DNA of 63,612 nucleotides, counting the filler, from Perkinsus olseni (Eukaryota): the NCBI GenBank assembly GCA_013115125.1. It is 19 parts of 19 records of this genome, joined end to end, with 100 filler letters (N's around TTAATTAATTAA, not from the genome) between each part and the next. Parts side by side here need not be neighbours in the genome. Positions count along the whole stretch, not along the records: positions 1 to 3,316 come from JABANN010001423.1; positions 3,417 to 6,729 come from JABANN010001424.1; positions 6,830 to 10,135 come from JABANN010001425.1; positions 10,236 to 13,534 come from JABANN010001426.1; 15 more parts are not named here. One strand, given 5' to 3'. The translations under genes and the position numbers were made by a program. Below the pieces are notes generated by a model. The model was not told the origin of the DNA, did not search any database, and was given only the letters and a program-made list of their open reading frames with translations. Shown piece after piece: positions 1 to 10,578 of this stretch; the stretch's first letter is position 1, and each line of letters starts with the position of its first letter.

Positions 1-3000
1 ACCGTTCCGACGGATTAAGCGCGATGCATGCGGAGTCGAATGAAGAACCCGGAAAATATCAGAGTAAAACCGAGCTCCTTGTCGTCGTTCTTCTCGTGGT
101 TTAAGTAACCACACTAAAGCGCCTGGGGAAAATGGCGCTTGACCTTCGGGCGGTTCTACGATAGCTGGGACTCCCGGTCCGCAGCGAACCTCCCGTCCCA
201 GTAGCCTATCAATTGGTGACTGACGAGTAGTAGCATTAGGGACCATGTTGTAGACGCTAATGGCCTTCTCGATCCGGCTTCGCAAATCCAACGAAGGCGG
301 AACGAACATAAGTCTCCTTCTCAACGTTCCGTGAAACCGTTCCACCACTGAATTGGCTGTCGGACGATAGCCTGAAGTAGGCACCAACCTTATAGAAAGC
401 GATGCCAGGCGCTCCTTTAGGGCGAGAAGATTGGGTGCTCTATCCGTTCGTAAGAATCGAGGGTATCCCATCGACGATCGAGTAAAGATTGCCATCAGAT
501 TGGCAAATATAGTGTTCGAGCTTTCATCGGACAGAACTCGAGCGTCTGCATAACGAGAGTACTCGTCCACCACACATAACACCGGGATGCGATCGATGTA
601 AGTGATATCGGCCGCACACAGAACCCATGGTGCTGTAGACAACCTTCTCGGAGAGCTAACATCAATCTTCACTGGACGTTGACGTTCTCGTTGACACACC
701 TCGGAAGGACAGTGATTGAGCACGTCGGCAACATCCTTCTCAAAATTAGGAAAGCCGTAGTACTTCTTCAGCACAGCGACCGTAGCCGGAAGACCAATGT
801 GTAGATGAGCTTCATGAGCTCTCAAAATTACACGATCACGGATGGCCTTCGGAAGATATGGACGCCCTTCATAGCACAGTAGATCATCTTGGCCCTTCTC
901 GACGCCGTTAGGTAGATTTTCGCCTTCGGCTTCCTGTGCTTCTTGAAGTTCTTCGACTGCCGGCCACCAACAGTCCTCGCCCCCCAGCACAGGGAGGAGC
1001 GCTGAAAGGTACGAAGGCAATGGTCTTGGGGTCAACCACTTAGAAATATCAAATGCTACTCCAGACAGCTCATCAGCTTTATTATCAGACGACGCTACTA
1101 ACGAGATAGACAGACGAAGATCATGTTGACGTATGATCTCTGCTATCAAATCAAGCCGTCTCTGAACCAATAAACGATAAAGGCCTGTCGGATGGATGGA
1201 ACGGTTATGGATCAAATTATCAACCCAGTGAAAAACGGAAGACGAATCGACACGAATCTCAGCTGCTCGATAATGATAAGCTACTAAAAATTCCAAACCG
1301 TGAAGTAGAGCTTCTAGTTCACCTACATTTATATGCACCGTAGATTTGGGAGATCTCGATGACTTGGACACCTTACGCTGCCACGTAGCATCAATGATAG
1401 TGTCACCTTGAGTAGTTGTCATCACCACTCCCTCCATGATGTCACTGCTGTCGGTCCATAAGATGACTCTAGACGCATCATCACCAAGCTTGGGAATAAC
1501 CCATGCTCCTCTTGCGGGATCTCCTCGTCGCCGCAATTCTTCGCATAATCGAAGACCGTAGGCAGCGATGTCAGACGGTACATATTGGTTCCATTTATAA
1601 TAATCTTGACCAATATTCTTACCGAGTAGGTGACGAGCGAAGCTCACGGTTGGACGTAGCCATCCTAGTACTGGAAGGAAAGATGCCAGTACACCGAGCC
1701 AGCTGGAAAATCGTCTTGCCGTTATCATAGGAGGAGATGACAATAAACTGGGTTCAATAGCGAGCAATTGATCCAGATCGAGACGCCGTTTCCATGTCAA
1801 TCCATCCGAAGACTTACTGACAACAAGGCCCAATAAACGAGCCTTCTCTATGGGGACTGGGGCCTTCGTGAACAAAGAATTAGCCGCTAACTCATTTCTC
1901 AGAGAGTCAACGCCTTCACGACACGAAGATTTCTCAGAAGGTTTACATGGTACAAATATATCATCAAAATAACGCAGATTGTGAGGGATCTTATCAGACT
2001 TCCGAACCTTCTGAGAATTCAATGAGAGACTAACAGAGGGAAGTGAACCAGGATCAATCGGTTCCTGAATCACCGGACTCAAACAACTTGAATCGAATGG
2101 TACCCTATGCGAGCCGTCAGGATCGGGTTGCAATGCATAATCAAGTACGGACTTAAGAAGCCTCGGAGCCGGTCGAGGACCGAATCCTAGCCTAGTCAGT
2201 CGATACAGAACGGCATCTGAGGAAGGATCATCCAAACGAATCCAAACGCATTGATACCAAGTTTGCGATTCTTCCTGTAAGATGCTAGGATAAGCTCGGG
2301 TAACATCTATCAAGTAACCTGCCTCATACTGACGGAATAATCTCAATGATTGCTGACAATCCGACGGAGATGGATCATCGGCGGTAAAGATAAACTCATT
2401 CACATAACTGTAATCGAGAGCAGCTCTAACTCTAGTAGAACGGTGTGGAGACACCACCGGCACAATCGGTAGAATACATTTGACTAAATGCCGTTGATTA
2501 TGTTCAACTTTTACTAACCAACCTCGCTTAATCCAATCGTTTAACTCACAAGATAGATCATGGTGTTCGGATTTCGAAAGGTCATAAATAGAATTATATT
2601 CGCTCGGACAACTGATACGATCTGGCGGCGAATCCGCCCACTTCCAGGAAACTTCCCATCGATAGTGAGGTACAACAGAACTTAAATCATCGGGACGAGG
2701 AATTACTGCAGCTTGCTCTTCCGATAGATTTATCCTCCGGGCTTGACAATCCGGAGCATCAAGTACCACTGACACTACATTGTTACCGAGAAGATGTTCG
2801 GTAACATCGCACGATGGTAACTTATACGAACGACTGGATGGGACGTCAACAGTGGATTCAGAGGCCGTCAACGCAGTAATGAACGTCTCGGGCTGGCCAG
2901 AGAAAGGGCTGGCACTAACCGTCAACTTGCCCGATACACTACGAATAAAATCAACGCCGACAAGCCCCTCGAATTCCCCTGGAAGCGCATCTACAACGAC

Positions 3001-3255
3001 GCAGTCAATTGTGGCACAAAGCTCAACATTTAACGCTGTCCGAGTACTTAGAACGAGGTTGATACGACCGACGCACGGCACTTTCTCCCTAGTAAGAGTA
3101 ATAAGACATGACGGATCATGACGCACACAGTCTCCACATCGCAACTGATGAATGACAGATGTAGTGATGATAGAAAATGCGCTACACGCATCAATGATAC
3201 ACTCGACTGGTAATGAGTGACTACTCTCAACTGACTTGATGATTGTCAGAGCTAA
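1..3255 (-). mobile_element. LTR retrotransposon pol (protease-RT-RNase H-integrase), uninterrupted ~1085-codon frame running off the window start
   Basis: Manual translation shows no stop from 3255 to 1. Motifs: protease IIDACSAFSII...GLVGVDFI; RT LDYSYVN, LIDVTRAY, RLGFGPRPAP, YFDD (~1960-1971); RNase H WTDSSD, HINVGELEA, VDSSSV, NKADELS; integrase HHCC (AHEAHLHIG...CPSEVC) and D,D,E core (ADIT, RTDRA, NSVVERFHGTL). Confidence 0.93.
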
Positions 3256-3316
3256 TCAATGATCAGCACTGTGTTATGGATGATCTTTCGTGGGCATCGC
3301 TTGTAGGACGGTGGTG

Positions 3317-3416
3317 NNNNNNNNNNNNNNNNNNNNNNNNNNNNNNNNNNNNNNNNNNNNTTAATTAATTAANNNNNNNNNNNNNNNNNNNNNNNNNNNN
3401 NNNNNNNNNNNNNNNN
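3317..3416. other. Artificial scaffold-joining spacer (44N + TTAATTAATTAA + 44N). First of 18; the others start at 6730, 10136, 13535, 16928, 20305, 23673, 27041, 30406, 33751, 37092, 40432, 43764, 47091, 50415, 53718, 57019 and 60319
   Basis: Identical 100-nt spacer with stops in all six frames. Lengths of the pieces between spacers fall steadily from 3316 to 3194 nt. Confidence 0.98.
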
Positions 3417-3479
3417 TTTTGCTCATTGAATTTTACCGCTTACCTACCGTGGTCATGTTGAGTTCCCCCAGTGGGCAGG

Positions 3480-3800
3480 CAACCGTACAATAGTCTATGT
3501 TGAAACGGCGGTCCGTCTAATGCTGCTGCTTATTCTCACTGCGAGCATCTTCTACGTCTTCTTCAACCTGGGGCTGATGGTTGCGAAGGGCTTCATCATT
3601 GAGGCTTGTATTTCAAGATGGAAGATGGAGATGCGAAGCTTCAGTTATCACTGATGGTCAAAAATAATCCACACTGGTTGAAGGTTGAAGTCTTTTCCGT
3701 TCAAATGAGGGCTTTCGGTTCAACCCTAACAAATTTGTTCGGCGATGGCGTTGCTGTCGGCGAAGATGGATCACTCAGAGTGATTCACTCTCCTTAGCTG
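3480..3800 (+). pseudogene. Possible degenerate fragment of a host multigene-family gene
   Basis: Short, broken coding-like frames (e.g. 3606-3797); no recognisable domain. Confidence 0.15.
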
Positions 3801-6800
3801 AGAGGGTCCCGCTAGCCGATGTGTGTGAGAGCCCATATCTTTGCCTGCGCTATTCACCTAGCACGGAGCTGGTAGCCTTCGAAATCTACTTCGAGGCCAA
3901 GTTTACACTTTTTGGTCACAGGAGTAACGCCTTTATGTTAACAACAACATGTTAACTGACAATGCACCGCTGGGAGGCAACTATCGTGATGATCACAAGC
4001 TGAGCCGACGGGGGGAAATGACGGCGCGTAATTGCTGGGAGGCTAAACACTCAGAAGCAGCGTTCATTTCACCAGATCCCGATTTCGGCGAGGTGATAGT
4101 GACCGAAGCAAACTATAGACCGAGTTTGGAGTTCATCAGGTTGGACGAGTTGAGCGGCGCTCGTCTAGCCCCTCTGTTGTTTAACGTGTGAGGGCATTCT
4201 TGCCGTCATGGCAACGCCATAAGGCAAGTACACTCCTCACGGATCTGCTACAATTTTTTCATACTAAGTATGAAGCCTTTATCTTTCTATGACTGACTTT
4301 ATTCACGCACTCCCTGATCCTTCTCCTCCAAGGCCTCGCGCTCGGGACTCCCGAGTCGGGAAAAGGCCAACGTCACAACGAATAATTTCTTCAAAGTGGC
4401 AGGTTTTGTATTGGTTAGTTCACCTCACGAGTGGTGGCAGTTGTGCAGAAGATCTCGGAAGACCTTCAACGTCAGTTTTTCCGCAACCAGTCGAGTTTTC
4501 TCGCCATTGAGGGCCTCTCGATGAGGGGGCATTGTCATTGCAGGCAACCAGTGACTTCGGATGGCCTACTTCTTATCCGTGGCTGGAGATAAGAAAAGTT
4601 GGCCGATTATCTGCACACGTGTCCCGGATACTCACCGAGGTCACCGTGAATCCTCGCGTATCAAACCCGACGTAAAGGTGGACTGCAACGCAGAAGCAAC
4701 CACGCGTATAGATAATACCCAAATTGGGTAACCCGAGGCGACACGAGTCACCAAGCTAAACTATACGTCGACAAACCTCTGTCTGACAACTGCATCTGAG
4801 ACTCAGATTCTGAGTACGAAGCTACTACGAAGCTTAGCCTGAAGTACCCGCCCTGCAGTACGTAATTGTGCAATATCGTGCAGGGTGTCATTCATAGTTG
4901 TGAGTGGCTGTGCCTCTTAGAATGCTAGTTGACACCTAGTAGCTGCCGTCTATACCATATGACTCTATACCCGTCTTCAACGGTATCAGATCTTGACCAG
5001 GTTGGTCACGATCTGAGACCGTTCAAACTTTTCGACTGGTCAGACCAACTGTCTCACGGCCCGATGGGGGGACGAACTATGAAGTGCGAGCCCACGGGTG
5101 TTTCAGTAGAGCAGTGTATCAGACGCTTTTTGTGACAAAAGTCTCATCATCAATATCGTTTTGAGTTTGGTACTGTCAATACAACACGATGTTGTGAAGT
5201 ACTGTATCGCGAGCTCTTGGGCTCAGTGCTTGCAATCGGCTGCTCTACCTTGAGAGTCTCAAGTTGAGACTATAGTGCCACTCTGTCAGGAGTTGCGCTG
5301 GGTCGGCGCATGCAGAACATACGTTAGCACGATCCTTGTGAGCTTTCCCTCTCGTACCTAAATGACTGAACTTGGTTCTACTCCGGGTAGACTACCCGTG
5401 ATAAGTTCACCTCGCTCGTCACGATGAATAGGGCCGTTACTACAGAGCGTCAAAATGAATCAGCTCTCTCTCAGCGAGTAAGTCCTGTCTAAAGCGAACA
5501 CAAGAACGACTCTAAGATGGACCATTCGACACTGTCGAAGGGGATGCGACGAGCCTTGCTGGCGGTGTAAAAAGGGTACGCAAACACGTGCCGGACGCGA
5601 GAGAGTGTATATCTACCGGTGCCTTTCGGTGATAGGGTGGGCTGGCAACGATGGCGCTGGACCGTTAATGCGGTATATGGTCCGAGCGGATTTCACTTGG
5701 AGCTCCCACTGAGCACTCACCCCATGAGCGTGTACCAGGGCAAGCAGAGCGTCTGCTGCCATTGAGTAACGCGGTTAGGAGCATCGTGGATGAGGACGCC
5801 ATTGAGGGAGTTCCACCATGGAGGTAACTCGCCGATACGCGTTTAGCTGAGCCATCGGATGCGGTTCGTAAGGAAGTCTATAACCGTCGATATACTTGCA
5901 AGCAAGAGCGTCACGATGGCATTCGCGGGCCTGGGAAGACTTTCTACGAGCTGAAGGAGTATGTTGAGAGCCTGCCCAGCTAATCCAGCGACGACACCCA
6001 ACTTTCTGCTTGGGGTGTCCCAAGCATTTCTGCTTGATGTCATCTCTCGACCCAAATTGGGTCACCCAGTGATGATTATTCTGCGTTCTTCAGCTGCCTG
6101 TCTCTAATCCGAATCCGCAACCACGCGGATTCTACAATCCTCGTGGGTAATTACATCCACAATTTATCGTTATTTTATTGTTCACTCACTCTTGAGAAGG
6201 CTCATTTCAACTACTGTCGGTTGGTTACAGGGGTCGCGAGGATTCTGTGCATGTAGAGGCTGGTATGAGAGCAATTGTCAACTGGTGTGATAGATTAGGT
6301 AATACCCAATGGGTATCTCGCATCAGCCGTTCATCGTGATCGCAGATTCTGCGGGTTGCTTCGGAAGGGCATTTGAGAAGGTAGTGCAGCTCTTAAGACT
6401 GACGGTTGTTCGCCAGGAGAGCCGTTAACAGTCTGTTAATAACAGGTTCACGGGCTGTTCATTTCCGATCGGCTCGAGGGGAGCTAGCGTCTCCCACCCT
6501 CTAAATCAGTCTCGGCCGTGACACCACCTATCAATGTAAGTGTGCATTGCCATGCGCAAATGCGCGACAGCATTAACAACTTGTTAATAACAAAGCACTC
6601 AAGAGGTGTATTAAGCCTGCGAACGCAGGCGCGAAGCAATGGGCAGAAAAGCAGAAGGAGTGCGCGGTCGTGCGCGGGGTGTGGCGATAGACGTTGCAGG
6701 AACAGCGCAAGACGCCATCGCCTGTGGAGNNNNNNNNNNNNNNNNNNNNNNNNNNNNNNNNNNNNNNNNNNNNTTAATTAATTAANNNNNNNNNNNNNNN

Positions 6801-6829
6801 NNNNNNNNNNNNNNNNNNNNNNNNNNNNN

Positions 6830-8640
6830 CATTTAAAGTGATGCCCTTCAATGGCTTTTTCTCTCGGGGCACTTTGAATTTTGGTACCACCGTGCGAGCG
6901 TGTCCCCTAGAGAATTCCTAGTGGCGTCATCATCTCCTCTGGTTCGCTGGAGAAAAGCCTCACAATACTTGGCCAGCATATACCCGCGCATCTTGTTCCG
7001 GGATTCGTGTGCCGTCTGGAGCTTCGCCCACCGGCACCGAGCTGGGTTTGAGGTGCCCACAGTGGGCGGCCCACTGTTCCGACTAATCTGTTCGTAACCT
7101 ACGAGCACTTACACGGGACACGGGGCTTTCAGTGCTGCTGAATCAGTAGTGAACAGATGGCCAGATTTTGCACACGAGGAAGGCAGCCTTCCGAAGCCTT
7201 CGGCAGACCAGCCTTCGAACCGAAGGCTGCCAGTTGTTAGAGGAGTCGTAGGAGCACTAACGCTAGCAGGACCAGTCCGCGATTGACGAACACGATAGGC
7301 CGGAAAAAATCAGAGTAAAATCGAGCTCCCTGTCGTCGTTCTTCCCGTGGTTTAAGCAACCACACTAGAGCGCCTGGGGAAAATGGCGCTTGACCTTCGG
7401 GCGGTTCTACCATAGCTGGGACTCCCGGTCCGCAGCGAACCTCCCGTCCCATCAGCCTACCAATTGCTGACTGACGAGTAGTAGCATTAGGGACCATGTT
7501 GCAACTACTAGTGGGTTGCACGGGTTTGGGCCCAGACCGTGTCCGAAGCAGGTGAGCGCCGCTCGCCTGCCTACCGTTCACTGAGCGGTAGGCACTGTCA
7601 GACTCTTGTGACTCAGTGTTAACGCCGACAGACTTCTCAGCAACACGACTCGCAGGAGGCATAGGGATGACAGATGATAAGATAATAAAGCAACCTCAAT
7701 GATTAGGCAGCGTAAAGCACGTATGCGCGCATCGTTCCTCATTGGACTGTCTCTCACAATGGAACAACGTGTCCTGGACATACGACTGGACTGAAGAAGA
7801 GAAACCAATAGCAATGCTCACAGGCACCGTGCCGGTCATGGTAGCACTGGAATTCATGGATGATGTGAATGATTGTCGAGATTAGCAATAACTTATCACG
7901 TGAATGAGATGAAGGAGTTTCACTGCTTGGAGTGCTGAAGGTCTAGAGACTCTTCAAATTCGTTGTCTTGCACATCCAGGGACGATTGAAGCTTTCCTTA
8001 TACATCGTGCTGTACATGATATAACCCATCGTGGTACATACTCAGAGTATGATACCGAGTCGGCACCCTGTGATAAGAGCCAGCTGAGAACGGACATCGA
8101 TGTGAGCTATCCGAACTCAACCCCTCAGAATTGACATATCCGGTTGAACCGGAAACCGCACCGGTTTTCGCGTCGAATGAGGGAAATATAGTTATGTTGC
8201 CCGCCAGCAAGTTCGCCTACCTCCCGTCAGGGCGGGCACGTCATTGACGTGTGTTTAACTCACCACTTCACTGCCGTGTCCGCCTAGGCCTGACCCGGGC
8301 CATCAAAAGCGAGTCAGTCAGTACCAACCGTACTGCGATCTCGCGTTCCGTCGGCGCCAACACAGTGCGCCCATTTTATTGCGGATGCGATTGGAGGGCG
8401 TCTGCTGCCAACCTAGCGGCTGTGCGAAACGACCGCCTTCGAAATGTGCGAATCGAACCTTCCGGTGTAGAGCCAAGCGTTGTACCGCTCGCCCAGATCG
8501 TTGCTAATTGTTTCGTGCTGCCTCGCAACGCGGGAACCCCCAGCATGGTCGGCCTACTAGCTGTTAGCATTCTGGGTAGCGTACTAGCTTTACTAGCTTC
8601 GAGCACCACCCATGCTGCTAGCGTCGCTAGGCTCGTAGTA
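6830..8640 (-). mobile_element. Rearranged, degenerate LTR-retrotransposon remnant containing a ~200-bp integrase C-terminal island
   Basis: 7300-7501 aligns ungapped to 49-250 (11 mismatches in ~202 nt) and encodes NMVPNATTRQ...GARFYSD. Flanks are broken, gag-like frames. Boundaries are approximate. Confidence 0.6.
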
Positions 8641-8675
8641 AAGGTGCGAATTTCTTAAAATGTTTAATGAACATT

Positions 8676-8746
8676 GTTCATACCCGGGATCGAATCCACA
8701 ACCTCCGGTCCACTGGTCAACTGCTCGCCCTGCTAGACTGAGCCCA
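8676..8746 (-). other. tRNA-like / SINE-head-like sequence with degenerate Pol III A and B boxes
   Basis: Minus strand reads GGGCTCAGTCTAGCAGG...GGATTCGATCCCGGG; no convincing cloverleaf. Confidence 0.4.
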
Positions 8747-9199
8747 CTTCTAAAGATCAAGCTGCTCTTTTGTCCCCGATAGCTCGACGGCAGCTATTTT
8801 TGGGACGCGAATTTCACAACATTATTTTATCCTCAACAAAACACAGTTCGTCTTCGTACAAAAGAGAGTATATTAAATTCAAATGTACAAAAAAATGTCT
8901 GTAAAAAATTCAATGTAAAAAATGACGATGACTTCACTCGTTTCCTGAGGACTCCTCTGAGGAGTCTCCTCTGCTTCTTGTCGGCGGCGTCGCTCCTCCC
9001 GTTCCTAACAATGATGATGCAGTAGAAGTGTATCGATAAGGGAGGGTTGCAAAATACCCTATCCGCCGCGTTTAACTGGGCGAATGCTCCAGTGAGATGA
9101 AGATGGCGGTTCTGCCGGGGCTGGGCGATTATTCGCAGGCGCCTGACAAAAGAGCGATGATCACCGGTAAGCAAGGGCCTGAAAGCAAGCGGTCGTTGG

Positions 9200-10135
9200 A
9201 ACAAGGCATGATAATATTGCCCGTGACTAAAAAAGAAGTGTAAGAGTCGAGAACTCTTACCGCGACACCAGTAACCGCAGAAGCTATGCTTCAAAGTGGC
9301 AGCTACCCTATTCCGGGTCTTCCCCTGTCCATACTAGGGCATGGATATCAGGCAAGTTTTCCCCGAGTGGTTCGAAACTCCCACCTCTACCACAGCTTCT
9401 TCACCGGACCTAATGGTTGCCCGGGAGAGTCCTTGATATAATTCATGAGGTAAGTACCCGCTCTCTCCCAAGCCCGAACCCTTGGAATCAACGACACTTG
9501 CACAGCACTATTTCTAACTTCCTTGGAACACCCACAGTAGTTGTTTTCAATCCAATCAAAGACAGGCTTGACCCCGAAGAGTTCGTACACTGTGGGTGTA
9601 TAAGTAGGTGGGCTGCTCTATGGCAATCTAAGCTGCCAACGCGTTAACGCGTGTCCTGGAACACGCCTCACCAAATAGTAAACGAGCATCAGTTTGCAGG
9701 GCCCGAAACAACGACTGACCCGGTGAAAAGTGCTCCCAGCCTCGCGATAATATGATACGGATGTCAGAGCGTGAGAGCTGGAGATTGAATAGAGCATCAA
9801 AGTAAAATTGGATTGCTCTGGGATCAGTCGAAGTTAGTAAGGTCGGATCCATCAAACGTGTCTTGATGTGGGCAGCGAAATCGGCGAACCCTGCTCTCTT
9901 GTGAGCAGTGGCGTTGGTCCAGAAGCAATGTGGAAGAGCGTCGATGATGGGTGAGCGTACATTCCCAATAGGCAGAACGTCAACAGCTCGACCAAGTGGA
10001 GCGCGAGCGTAGAAATTACAACATCCGTGACGGATGATCCGTCGTTCTTTTCGAAAAACTATAGGCCTTTTACAGTTTTTTGATTGAGAATTTAAACTCG
10101 CGTGTGTTGGGATAGTTCTCACCCAAAGTAGTTGG
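9200..10135 (-). pseudogene. Degenerate Helitron-like Rep (HUH endonuclease), N-terminal/central region
   Basis: Across stops and a frameshift it reads ...SPGQPLGPVKKLW*RWEFRTTRG/NLPDIHALVW (9329-9355), matching Helitron Rep motif 2 (E.Q.RG.PH.H.L.W) with His changed to Asp. Confidence 0.65.
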
Positions 10136-10235
10136 NNNNNNNNNNNNNNNNNNNNNNNNNNNNNNNNNNNNNNNNNNNNTTAATTAATTAANNNNNNNNN
10201 NNNNNNNNNNNNNNNNNNNNNNNNNNNNNNNNNNN

Positions 10236-10578
10236 CCTGGGACTGGATGAAGCTCGGCTACGTGCAGATTCTACCCCGGATGCAGCTGAACTACTAGGTC
10301 TACCAGCCTCAGATCCTGTTGATCCTACGATGTCGGAAGAAGAATTGAATTCACTGTCGTCACCGCCCGCTCCGGTCGCCTCTATCAATACTGGTAATGG
10401 GTCTAAATCGTCTATTTCTTCGGTGATATGTCATCGTTGTGGTCGACCAGGACATTTTGCGAGAGACTGTCGGATGGACAGATCGATTGTATGTCGTAAA
10501 TGTGGTAAGCGTGGTCATGTCAGTCGGGCTTGTCGATCTTTCCCGAGTCAGGGAAACGGGCAAGGGAGAACTCAGTAG
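10236..10578 (+). CDS. LTR retrotransposon gag, C-terminal part with two CCHC zinc knuckles
   Basis: CHRCGRPGHFARDC and CRKCGKRGHVSRAC (CX2CX4HX4C). Confidence 0.9.

Noticed and set aside
3800-6729. Short ORFs and small palindromes in scaffold 2
   Set aside because: No recognisable motifs, TSDs or consistent splice structure found.
8676-8746. Functional tRNA gene (also 47761-47828 and 48037-48110)
   Set aside because: A/B-box-like motifs are present but acceptor and anticodon stems do not pair convincingly.
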